Source: Schmidtea polychroa (lineage: Eukaryota). Taken from it: a stretch of DNA of 64,000 nt. The translations under genes and the position numbers were made by a program. Shown one piece after another: positions 25,935-37,599 of the stretch (positions are counted from its first letter, which is position 1; each line of letters opens with the position of its first letter). The notes under the pieces are model-generated. The model did not search any database. It was not told the origin of the DNA and worked only from the letters and a program-made list of their open reading frames with translations. Location of the stretch: assembly GCA_044892525.1 (NCBI GenBank), contig CM097888.1, positions 93,000,001 through 93,064,000 on the forward strand. Reading direction: 5' to 3'.

Positions 25935-28790
25935 TCAGGTTTCTAAAGTTTTTGATTCGACATCAATGAACGCTGTAGTAGTGACAGGGATAGTAGAGAT
26001 AGGGGTGGTAGTGACAGAGTTGGTAGTGACAGAGGTGGTAGTGACAGCGGTGGTAGTGACAGAGGCGGTGGTGACAGAGGCGGTGGTGACAGAGGTGGTG
26101 GTGACAGAGGTGGTGGTGACAGAGGTGGTGGTGACAGAGGCGGTGGTGACAGAGGTAGTGGTGACAGAGGCGGTGGTGACAGAGGTGGTGGTGACAGAGG
26201 TGGTGGTGACAGAGATGATGGTGACAGAGGTGGTGGTGACACAGGTGGTGGTGACAAAGGCAGTGGTAACAGAGGTGGTGGTGACAGAGGTGGTGGTGAC
26301 AGAGGCGGTGGTGACATAGGGGGTGGTGACAGAGGTGGTGGTGACAGAGGTGGTGGTGACAGAGGTGGTGGTGACAGAGGTGGTGGTGACAGAAGTTGTG
26401 GTGACAGAAGTGGTGGTGACAGAAGTGGTGGTGACAGAAGTGGTGGTGACAGAAGTGGTGGTGACAGAAGTGGTGGTGACAGAAGTGGTGGTGACAGCAG
26501 TGGTGGTGACAGAAGTGGTGGTGACAGAAGTGGTGGTGACAGATGTGGTGGTGACAGAGGCGGTGGTGACAGCGGTGGTGGTGACAGAGGTGGTGGTGAC
26601 AGAAGTGGTGGTGACAGAGGTGGTGGTGACAGTAGTGGTGGTGACAGAAGTGGTGGTGACAGATGTGGTGGTGACAGAAGTGACAGAGGTGGTGGTGACA
26701 GATGTGGTGGTGACAGAGGTGGTGGTGACAGAAGTTGTGGTGACAGAAGTGACAGAGGTGGTGGTGACAGAGGTGGTGGTGACAGAAGTGGTGGTGACAG
26801 AAGTGGTGGTGACAGCAGTGGTGGTGACAGAAGTGGTGGTGACAGCAGTGGTGGTGACAGAAGTGGTGGTGACAGATGTGGTGGTGACAGAGGCGGTGGT
26901 GACAGCGGTGGTGGTGACAGAGGTGGTGGTGACAGAGGTGGTGGTGACAGAAGTTGTGGTGACAGAAGTGACAGAGGTGGTGATGACAGAGGTGATAGTG
27001 ACAGAGGTGGTGGTGACAGAGGTGGTGGTGACAGAGGTGGTGGTGACAGAGGTGGTGGTGACAGAAGTTGTGGTGACAGAAGTGGTGGTGACAGAAGTTG
27101 TGGTGACAGAAGTGGTGGTGACAGAGGTGGTGGTGACAGAAGTTGTGGTGACAGAAGTGACAGAGGTGGTGATGACAGATTTGATAGTGACAGAGGTGGT
27201 GGTGACAGAGGTGGTGGTGACAGAGGTGGTGGTGACAGAGGTGGTGGTGACAGAAGTTGTGGTGACAGAAGTGACAGAGGTGGTGATGACAGATTTGATA
27301 GTGACAGAGGTGGTGGTGACAGAGGTGGTGGTGACAGAGGTGGTGGTGACAGAGGTGGTGGTGACAGAAGTGGTGGTGACAGAAGTGGTGGTGACAGAAG
27401 TGACAGAGGTGGTGATGACAGATTTGATAGTGACAGAGGTGGTGGTGACAGAGGTGGTGGTGACAGAAGTGGTGGTGACAGAAGTGGTGGTGACAGCAGT
27501 GGTGGTGACAGCAGTGGTGGTGACAGAAGTGGTGGTGACAGATGTGGTGGTGACAGAAGTGACAGAGGTGGTGGTGACAGAGGTGGTGGTGACAGAAGTT
27601 GTGGTGACAGAAGTGACAGAGGTGGTGGTGACAGAGGTGGTGGTGACAGAGGTGGTGGTGACAGAGGTGGTGGTGACAGAAGTGGTGGTGACAGCAGTGG
27701 TGGTGACAGAAGTGGTGGTGACAGATGTGGTGGTGACAGAGGCGGTGGTGACAGCGGTGGTGGTGACAGAGGTGGTGGTGACAGAGGTGGTGGTGACAGA
27801 AGTTGTGGTGACAGAAGTGACAGAGGTGGTGATGACAGAGGTGATAGTGACAGAGGTGGTGGTGACAGAGGTGGTGGTGACAGCAGTGGTGGTGACAGAA
27901 GTGGTGGTGACAGCAGTGGTGGTGACAGAAGTGGTGGTGACAGATGTGGTGGTGACAGAGGCGGTGGTGACAGCGGTGGTGGTGACAGAGGTGGTGGTGA
28001 CAGAGGTGGTGGTGACAGAGGCGGTGGTGACAGCGGTGGTGGTGACAGAGGTGGTGGTGACAGAGGTGGTGGTGACAGAAGTTGTGGTGACAGAAGTGAC
28101 AGAGGTGGTGATGACAGAGGTGATAGTGACAGAGGTGGTGGTGACAGAGGTGGTGGTGACAGAAGTTGTGGTGACAGAAGTGGTGGTGACAGAAGTTGTG
28201 GTGACAGAAGTGGTGGTGACAGAGGTGGTGGTGACAGAAGTTGTGGTGACAGAAGTGACAGAGGTGGTGATGACAGATTTGATAGTGACAGAGGTGGTGG
28301 TGACAGAGGTGGTGGTGACAGAGGTGGTGGTGACAGAGGTGGTGGTGACAGAAGTTGTGGTGACAGAAGTGACAGAGGTGGTGATGACAGATTTGATAGT
28401 GACAGAGGTGGTGGTGACAGAGGTGGTGGTGACAGAGGTGGTGGTGACAGAAGTTGTGGTGACAGAAGTGGCAGAGGTGGTGATGACAGAGGTGATAGTG
28501 ACAGAAGTGGTGGTGGCAGAGGTGGTGATGACAGAAGTTGTGGTGACAGAAGTGACAGAGGTGGTGATGACAGAAGTTGTGGTGACAGAAGTGGCAGAGG
28601 TGGTGATGACAGAGGTGATAGTGACAGAAGTGGTGGTGGCAGAGGTGGTGATGACAGAAGTTGTGGTGACAGAAGTGACAGAGGTGGTGATGACAGAGGT
28701 GATAGTGACAGAAGTGGTGGTGGCAGAGTTGGTGGTGACAGAAGTGGTTGTCACAGAGGTGATTGTGACAGAGGTGGTAATGGCAGAGTA
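25935..28790 (-). repeat. ~2.8 kb GC-rich 15-bp minisatellite (gtggtggtgacagag); may encode a Thr/Ser/Val mucin-like repeat
   Basis: 15-bp units with 9-bp and variant units. The minus T-frame is open for 939 codons but has no in-frame ATG or signal peptide. Confidence 0.9.
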
Positions 28791-28951
28791 GAGTAGAGGT
28801 ATAGGTAGTGAGGGGTAGTATAGGGAGCAAGGGCAGTAGATACAGTTTAGGATAGTATTTAATAATTAAATAATGTGGAAGACACAAAAAATAACTGAGG
28901 CACTAATAAAAAAGAAAACGCAAAGACAAAACAAAAAGGTAACATTGCAGA

Positions 28952-29545
28952 TAGGTTGGATTGGTTGGATGGATTGATTGGGTGATTTGGATGAATTGAT
29001 TTGAGTCATTTGAATGATATTGTTTGAGTGATGTTTGGAATGATTGCCATTTATATATGAGAGAGTTGGTTTTGGGATTGGTACGTTGAGTTTGGATCAT
29101 AGAGGATTTATGATCAGTAACTGGTTCCGAGAGTTGCCAACAGGTGTTATCAGTCGAGCAGGAGTAATATTCATAATTATATACACAATTCAAGTATTAA
29201 AAATTGATAGGTACAGTGTGTGGGTCATGTATTAGAGTAGGCAGGTCCCGTATGGCAGATTAAATTGATTGGTTGGATGATTTGGATGATGTTGTTTGAA
29301 TGATGTTTATGATGTTTGCCATTTATATATGAGAGAGTCGATATTGGTATGTTGAGTTATTTTCAGTAACTGGTTCCAAGAATTGCCAAACAGGTGTTGT
29401 GGGCCGGGTCAGGAGTTATATTTCAGTGGTACCTGGGTGATTGAGTGGAATGGTTTGATGTTGAAGTTGTTGTTCTGGGAGGATTTGGCACAATTCCGGT
29501 ATTGACAGTTGATAGGTATAGTGTGTGGAGCGGGCAGGACCTGTC
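28952..29545. repeat. Diverged ~300-bp tandem duplication
   Basis: gccatttatatatgagagag, cagtaactggttcc and ttgataggta.agtgtgtgg each occur twice, about 290-300 bp apart. Confidence 0.75.
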
Positions 29546-29614
29546 TAATAAAATATATCGGTTGCCCGAAGAGGTGTAGAGGTGCAGGTTATTAACATTA
29601 TTATACATATTAAG

Positions 29615-29692
<78 letters not shown>
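29615..29692. repeat. (ATT)n microsatellite, ~26 copies
   Basis: Visible directly. Confidence 0.97.
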
Positions 29693-29695
<3 letters not shown>

Positions 29696-29741
29696 TTTTG
29701 TTTTACCAACCAAATTTTGGTGATTTTTTAAAGGAGATTTT

Positions 29742-30323
29742 TTGATGTGGATTAAAATGGAAAATCAAACTTCCAATAGTTCAATTAAGTCTTTGGGAAG
29801 AATAAGAGATGATCTGACAAAATCTTTATTTATTAATTCCATTGAAGGAAATGAATTGACACATGATCATGATGTACATTCTTACAAATATGAAGTAGAA
29901 ATTCAAAATATGCTCAATAATAAGTTTCGTTCATTTAATTCTCCCAAATCTGACAATTTCAAAATGAAAAACTCTTGTACATTTTCTAATATTATCCAAG
30001 ATTTCGAAAATCTAAAAGAATCAGAGCCGTTATGCAAGTATTCAATGAACATTCCACTGCCTAATATCACAATGAAAGAGAAGCCTACAAATTTACAAAG
30101 TAAAGATCAAAGTAATATTTCGATTGGATTACGAAATAAAGAAAGGCACGTTTATATGAAACCTGATTTATCCCAGGTGATAACTGTAAGTAGTGATGTT
30201 CTTGAAATGATAACAGTTGTGTTGGATTATGTTTCTCAAGTTGTTAATAAAGAAATTCTTCTGGGTATTAATGTTTTCTGCAAACAATTATTATTATTAT
30301 TATTATTATTACCATCATTATAA
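29742..30323 (+). CDS. Orphan 193-codon ORF or exon of unknown product
   Basis: Long open frame in AT-rich DNA, rich in N/S/K. No recognised motif; the end runs into a (tta)n tract. Confidence 0.3.
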   Translation: MMWIKMENQTSNSSIKSLGRIRDDLTKSLFINSIEGNELTHDHDVHSYKYEVEIQNMLNNKFRSFNSPKSDNFKMKNSCTFSNIIQDFENLKESEPLCKYSMNIPLPNITMKEKPTNLQSKDQSNISIGLRNKERHVYMKPDLSQVITVSSDVLEMITVVLDYVSQVVNKEILLGINVFCKQLLLLLLLLPSL

Positions 30324-30334
30324 TCATTCCCATC

Positions 30335-30822
30335 AGATGTTGTCTGCAGCGGTTCCTTTCAGCAGTTCCCAATCGCGGATCTTTTGAGCAGTGGCCGCAA
30401 CGGTTCCTAACAGCAGTTTGTTGTAGCAGTTCCCAGAAGCGGTTCGTAGTAGCCTTTCCAATCAGGCTTTCTTATCAGCGATTCTCAGCAGCGGTTTTCA
30501 GCAGCGTCTCCCTTCAGTAGTTGCCGCATCGGTTCCAAAAAGCGGTTCCTAGTAGCCTTTCCCATCAGGGTTTCTTATCAGCGGTTCTAAGCAGTGGTTT
30601 CTTTCAGCAATGGCCGCATCGGTTTCGAGTAGGAGTTCGTAGTAGCCTTTCCCATCAGGCTTTCTTATCATCGGTTCCGAGCGGATATTGCCATCAGCTG
30701 TTGTCACCAGTGGTTCCTGCAACGGTTCCATTCAGCAGTTCCCAACAGCTGCTCTCTTCAGCAGTTGACGCAGTGGTTTCTAGCAGCAGTTCTTAGTAGC
30801 GGTTCCTAGTAGTGGTCCCAAC
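30335..30822. repeat. Satellite patch 3 (agcggttc family, ~95-105 bp units)
   Basis: Contains both unit types seen at 22655 and 25795. Confidence 0.85.
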
Positions 30823-33800
30823 GGAGGATGTGACGATTATGTATATTTTGTATTATTTTTATGTATATTATTTATTAATTTTATTATTTTATTATTTTAA
30901 ATATTATTTTCAATTTTAAATATTTTAAATAATAAGAATTGGCGAGGAGCGACATCAAATTGAACAAGGAGAGACATGAAGCCAAAAAGATTGGAAATCT
31001 CTGGTTTATAGTGATTATTAATAAATCGTTGGTTTGAATATTTTGTCAATTAGATTGCTAATATCTCTCCTATGAACAATTATTTATTCCTGGTCTACAA
31101 CACGATGAGCAACATTAAAATATTTTTATCAAAATATGGAATGGTTTCATATAAACCAAAGCTAAATTAAAAGCTAATCTAACAAATAATATGAAACACA
31201 AATCTAGTTTGTTACGCAACTTATAGATCAGCAACTAACAATATTCTCAAGGCAAATCCAAATTTGTAGGGAATGATGACTATAATCTAGGAATATTGCC
31301 TATTCCTATACAATTTGATACCGACAGTGATGAGAATATGAGATTAGGAATCAATTGGATTATTCGGTCAGAAAGATGCTTCTGATTTTCTAATGCTTCT
31401 TTTGAAATGCTCAACACATCCTATCCTCTGACAGAGACGCGGGGTAAAGACAACCTTGTTGAATTATATAAATGATAATATCAAAATTATACACAAATTC
31501 TGCATCTAAAGTCTTACAAAATAAAAGGTACCAATGAAAGCCTATCGGAGTCAGTGAGATCAATTGAAGGGGCTGTCGGAAATAGTGAAAGATATCTAGT
31601 TTCAAAAATTATCAAAATAACTGCCTATTCATAATTCGATTAGTTAAAAATATTCTCCCAATCTTTTCATCAACCGAAAGGATAAAAAATATTTGATTTG
31701 TTTATTGATAAATTTGTGAAGTGGCGGCCAAATCAAATAAACACAAATTTAATGTTTCATAATCTCCCTCTGGAATGATTTGATANNNNNNNNNNNNNNN
31801 NNNNNNNNNNNNNNNNNNNNNNNNNNNNNNNNNNNNNNNNNNNNNNNNNNNNNNNNNNNNNNNNNNNNNNNNNNNNNNNNNNNNNNNNNNNNNNNNNNNN
31901 NNNNNNNNNNNNNNNNNNNNNNNTGACACAAATTTTAACATATGAAAACATTTGATTACAAAACAATCTTGTTCAATCTACTTATTCAAGCATTGGCCAG
32001 TTCTTGTTCTAGGTTGCGTTATATGTCAATTTATTAATAAATGGTGATAATGTGCTGGTGCTGAATAATCAGGAATTAGTCTCGCATTTCTCTACAAATT
32101 CTGTACCCCCCCCTCCCCCCTCCCTGCAATCAGTGCTATGAGTTATAAATTAATCTACAAAACACATTAAACCATGATCAAAGCTTCCCATAATATGGCT
32201 GTTGCTAAATGTTATGGGGTTTGATCTGTTAAATTTGTCTGTCTAGAGAATTTATTTAAAATAACGTTCTCTCAGATTTCATAATTATCCTGATTTTTTA
32301 GGCAATGAAAAAGTCAAGATTATATTTAAAAGTCACTAAGATGACAAAGTTCAGAATATGCACCTGAATCGTGTCAAACAATCTTTGGATAGATGAAGAT
32401 TCCTTGAGGAAACCTGCTTCCAACTATATCAGACCAAGTTATTATCAGTCGAGAATCAAGAACGAAAACTAACAATTATCGAAATGCAGTAGCAAGCAGA
32501 TTATCGGAGGTTCCAGATTCACTCACTCAATTCACATATTATAAAGTCTGTCAAACTTGTGTCGTATTGGGTGCATTAAATGATTCCCTTCAACAATTCC
32601 ACCAAAATTACTGATAATATTCCTCATCAGATCGTAAGAAGACGTGGCTCAATTACATGCGACTCTTTGGAAAGTGATGCTTTTAAGTCCGCTAGAGTAC
32701 AGCTAACCACAAAATTTGGTTTAGTGGTCTCTAAGATAAACATCGTATAACCTTAAAGCTTGTACGCACTTATCCGTTTATCATAAAGCCCATATGTGAT
32801 TAAGGATCCTATAGATTAAATATACACAAGCATTTATATTGGTATTGAATAACTCTTAGAAAGCACCAGATCTTAGTCCCATTTGTAGAGGTAATCATCC
32901 TTGATCAACGTAATCAGTGAATAATGTGCCCGACTTTTGACCCTCAATCCATTAAAATTAAATTATATATTTTCGATAATGCTTTTTTTGTATTACTTTC
33001 TATAATTGTTTTATTACATTTATTTATTCCACCCTGCCAAAATTACGATCAGTACGTGGACTGGTTATGTTGTCCTGCTAAAGGAGATTGAAAAATCACT
33101 TTTTGAATTTTGGTAAGAAATCAAATTATTCAATTAATTGTTTTCAATATTCATTAAAATGGTGCCAGAAGAAACTCAAATAAAATTGGAAAAATATATC
33201 CTTGTTGACTTTACCAGATACAATTTGTCAACCGTCAGCATCAAGTCTACAGAATTACAGAAATTCAATCGCCTATTGTAAAGCCCAACTCAACAATTAT
33301 TTCCAGAACCCTCAAATGCAAACGAGAATGCGGTGATATCGGGGACTCCTACTTCAAGTTGAAAGAAACAGTTATCCCAAAATATAGCCCAAAACTAACG
33401 TCAGTATTCGATTAAACAAACTAAGCACATGAGTACACAATATATCGCCCCACCCTCTCTCCAAGTTCCTCAAGTAAATCATATAAAAATATTTATAAAT
33501 AACATTTAAACGTCAATAAGAGGAACTTTAGCGACAACAACTACGGATAATATGAACAGCTAGCAATGTTAGCCGACAAGACTCATGCTGTTTCAACAAG
33601 ACAAACATATGTGGTGAACGTTAATATGGAGACAGAAATGCATAGCCTTACAGCCCTTGCCAGTATTACCAGTCAAGTTATTTAAAAGTTTTTTCGGTCA
33701 TTCAAAGTGAATAATCAGTAGTAAGCGGATCTTCAATACCCGTCTATGGCTAAATACGAATTCGTTTCAAGTTGCCACTGATTATTTCGTTTACACTTTT

Positions 33801-34199
33801 TCTATCTCAAAGGTTACACAACCTACCGTCAGTTCAGATTATTCGACACCCATAGTTTTCTTGTCGACTGTTGATCCAAATCTTTAATCAAAGCTGATTT
33901 GTCGATCAAAATTCCAGCCACCAAACGTTACAAATCTCAAAGCATATTATTGCAGAGTCAATTTAAAATTCAAATATTTAAATGATTTCATGGAATCATT
34001 TGTTGCACATTCAAAAACAATTAAAACAATTAAATGATAATTTTACCTTTCGCTGCGAATAATATATTTAATACAAACGATAGGGCTTAAATTATCATTT
34101 AATTGTTTTTAATTTAATAATTGCTCCTACCAAGAAATCATCACTTTATACATTTGTTACAGTTTCCTTTTCACGAAAGGTCAATCAATACCAACGGAA

Positions 34200-34360
34200 A
34201 TATTCGACGTTTTCAATATTTGTTAAAAGTCAAGATGGCCGGAAGCAGTTCCACTAGCTCAACCCTTTGTTAGCACGTGGATTGCAAAATACTGTGTACC
34301 AATGTATGTTGTCACGAATCAAGTTACCAAATTTGAACCCGTTATGTTGTGATATTTAAA
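34200..34360 (+). mobile_element. Ty3/Gypsy integrase fragment
   Basis: SRWPEAVPLAQPFVSTWIAKYCVPMYVVTNQVTKFE resembles TRWPEA.P...F...WI.RFG.P....TDQG..FES. Confidence 0.6.
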
Positions 34361-35348
34361 TGTTTGTCAATAGACTCCTTGTTTTCGATAATCAAATGAA
34401 TACTCAAATCCCAACAAAATATTTATATCCAAATTGTCAAAATTCTTTACAAAGTCATAATAACTGTGTATTTTTTCTCTTCGACAAACTGGTGCTTTCT
34501 GTTTGGTGCTCTCTACTTATATAGTATTTTATTTCCCATTAATATTTCCCTCATCTTGAGTTTGTTGAAGAATTTATTGCCAATTATCCCAATTCCAGAC
34601 AAGTCATTCATCTGAAAATGAGCTAGGTATATTGAAGAGGTTTTTGCCCATTATCTTAATTTCCGGCAACCGATTGATCTAACACTTGACTGAATAGCTA
34701 TTGATAAATGGACTCACCTTAAGATCATTTAATTAATTTGTTTGTTTTTGGGCTCCTGAACTGCCTATAAATCTCTGATTAATTTTAAATAATTTTATGC
34801 GTTTTCAGAATCTCATTCTTCGCCGATTACCACTTTTCCATTTGAAAATATTGATTTTTACTCAGAGTGGAGCGGTCACGGGTACAGATCTTAATAGTAG
34901 TAGAAATTATTCAAGTGAGATCCTTGAAAACTGAAGTGAATAAGAGTTCTATGTGAACAGTAGATGTTCCGTACAAGAATTAATTTTTGTCATTAAAAAA
35001 TCATGGACCTCACAAGCGCCAATAGAACCTAATCACAACACGAACAGATTTAAAATACATCAAAGAGCGACGACGGTTAATTAATGGCAGAATTATGTCA
35101 TGAGAAGGGGCTTTTATATTGAATTAGAAACAAATTTTGAAATAGAAATCTCGCTTTTTGAATTTTGTTATGAATAAAATTATTCACTTAGTTGTTTAAA
35201 ATATTCATTAAACGTATAAAGCTAATATGCTATTAAAATGATGATAAATTAAAATAATTTATAACCTACAAAAAATAAATTTATGATTTTTGTTTAAATG
35301 TGATAATTATATCATTAATTAAAAAAAATCATTTCAAATTTATACACA

Positions 35349-35949
35349 ATGTCTGAAGGAAATACTTTAAAAGTTCATGTTGAATATTGGTATTAATTAG
35401 TAATGAGGAATATAATCATTATTAACTTGTTTATTAACCTTCAGTGGGGGATGAGGTTACGCCAGCCATTATGCGAGCTTGCGGAACGCCATCAATGCTC
35501 AAGTGCCAGGCATTGAATGGAGTTATGTCGTTGGTCGAACAAGTATATTTTATTATTGCATTGGTAATAATTGCTAAAATGGCGCCCTGTTTTGTGAGTA
35601 TGGTAAAATGTTTATCAATCAGTGAGGATTGATTGTAGTGGTCTGCAATGATTAGAATTATTAGGCTTGCTTCCAATAGCTGGATTGCGAATGCTATGGA
35701 AATATTTCCAATTTAATATTCTCTATTCTCTAGCTTCATTCGAGATCTCGGTCAATGACGTTCTCGTGTTCTCCAAGCTGAAATGTGGCGGATTTCCTGA
35801 CTATGATGACGTAAGCAGCTGCATTGTGAGATAATTATGCTTATTGCTGAGCGTTTCAGATCATCAAATTGCTGAATGCCGTCCTAGCCGGTGAGAAGCC
35901 ATATTTGATCACTAACTTCAAGCCGAATCCATCTTGCAATATTTTGTAA
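35349..35949 (+). CDS. MIEN1: Rdx-family selenoprotein, SELENOW2/MIEN1-like, 101 aa, Sec at residue 17
   Basis: Exons 35349-35389, 35445-35542, 35734-35810 and 35860-35949, with GT-AG introns of 55, 191 and 49 nt and consistent phases. Protein: MSEGNTLKVHVEYCGGUGYASHYASLRNAINAQVPGIEWSYVVGRTTSFEISVNDVLVFSKLKCGGFPDYDDIIKLLNAVLAGEKPYLITNFKPNPSCNIL. TGA at 35452-35454. VEYCxxU, FEI.VN..LVFSKL..GGFP and the C-terminal CaaX match the family as I recall it. Confidence 0.93.
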
Positions 35950-35960
35950 AGCTCGCTTCA

Positions 35961-36016
35961 GACCGCAATGAAGACGATCGATGACAGCTCTGCAGTCGAT
36001 TGTTGGATGCTTGGTC
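35961..36016 (+). promoter_or_regulatory. SECIS element candidate
   Basis: AUGAA core (35968-35972) and GGAU (36005-36008). 10-bp helix II GACGAUCGAU/GUCGAUUGUU, helix I GACC/GGUC, and an apical GA plus 2-bp ministem. Confidence 0.75.
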
Positions 36017-36087
36017 CCAGCTGGTGGGCATTTCACAACATTGCAGCACCATCACAACCTTTTATTGCAACTATTTCTGATGGTGTA

Positions 36088-36093
36088 AATAAA
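36088..36093 (+). terminator. Polyadenylation signal AATAAA of the selenoprotein gene
   Basis: First AATAAA after the stop and SECIS, followed by T-rich sequence. Confidence 0.55.
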
Positions 36094-37599
36094 TTTGTTT
36101 CTTACTTTCAATTGTTAATATTCTATTGATTTGTTATATTTTGTTATTATTGATAATTGAAATTGCGAGATAAATAATTCACCATTCGATTACGTTGTCA
36201 TGGTAACCGCTATTTAAACAAAAATAATTAGCTTTCGAAAATTGACAAATGAAATGGAAAAGTGGGAAATTCAATATAAATATATCTCAACAAAATCGTG
36301 CTCACATTCAAGAAATTGTTAGTAATGCAGTTTATGTAATTTTCATATGGTGAAATAGAATGATTTGTATTAATAATTTAATCTTATGCCTTCCTCTGTT
36401 TGTCAATTGGGCTCGTCACAACTGGGGAAACATTTAGAATAACAAGTATGTTGACTCGTAAATAGAAATTTTAAAAAATAACTTCGTAACCTGATAAATG
36501 CAAAGTTTCCTTGAGAAGGTCATCGAATTCAGATTAGTAGGGAATTAAAATCTAATTTTCATACGAGAAAATATTGTTGAATCCGGCAACGGAATTAGAA
36601 TATTAAATGGCGTGAAACACAGAACCACAAGAATTTTTAAATTAGAACTTCGAAATCGCTGAATAGAAAACAAAATAAGAGAAATTCCACAATTAAAACA
36701 AGGAAACTAACTTGAAAAATTTTAGAATTCTTTGAACCTTCTAGAATGGCATAATTTGTTTTATTACACTAAAAATTATAAACTAACAAATGTTTTGGTT
36801 TATTGGACTAGCATTTTCACATCAGAACAGTTCTCTCATTACACCCGAGTTAAAATTTCGAGTTAAAATTATTGAAAATTTTAATTAATTTTATCTATTT
36901 CAACCAATGAGAAGACAGCAAATGAATTTAAAAAAGAAAATGAAAAATCGTTTGAAGAAATTAACGAAGATTATTTGATAATTAAAATTTCATTCAATAT
37001 ATACTTTGCAGCGAAATAATTTACTTGTTTAACATTTAATTAATGCTGCTACCAAGAAATCATCATGTTATATTATAATTATAATTATTAAAATTCATTT
37101 ACACGCATGGCGGCACGGAGGGAATTTTATTTTAATGAACTGGTAATCCGGACAGACGGGAAAAACAGACCAACAAGCTCTTCTGCTTGCCTTTGATAAG
37201 TAATGTCCATATTTAATTTACATAATGTAAACTAACTCAAACAAATAACCAAATTTTAATCAAATAAATTTTATTTAATTCCCCATCCACCCAAAAAGAA
37301 AGCAACCAACATGTAGCCTACAGGATCCTTTAGAACATTGATTGGGAGTTATTATGCGAATGTTTATTATTTTACTTTACTTTATCTAATTTTTTTTATT
37401 TTTTTATCATATAATTCATAATAATTTTATTGTTATTTTTTAGAATTTATTAAGAAAATTTTATTTTTTAATGGATTTGCTTATAACAAAAGTAAAAAGA
37501 TTTTTTGTGTAATTATTTTAAAATATTCGGATGATCCCCTAACCACAATTTTATAACAATCCATCTAAAAAATAGAAGAATGTTAAGATCAAAATGTCA

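Noticed and set aside
25943-28887. His/Cys-rich (974 aa), Pro-rich and Val/Glu-rich ORFs over the 15-bp array
   Set aside because: They are alternative frames of a stop-poor repeat. Unit variation is non-synonymous in the His/Cys frame, and the Val/Glu frame has a stop.
35434-35676. Track ORFs 35434-35676 (-) and 35444-35632 (+)
   Set aside because: They are antisense or wrong-frame shadows of selenoprotein exon 2 and intron 2.
36046-36085. caccatca/tgatggtg hairpin as a second SECIS
   Set aside because: It lacks the 5' AUGA core and the tandem G-A geometry.
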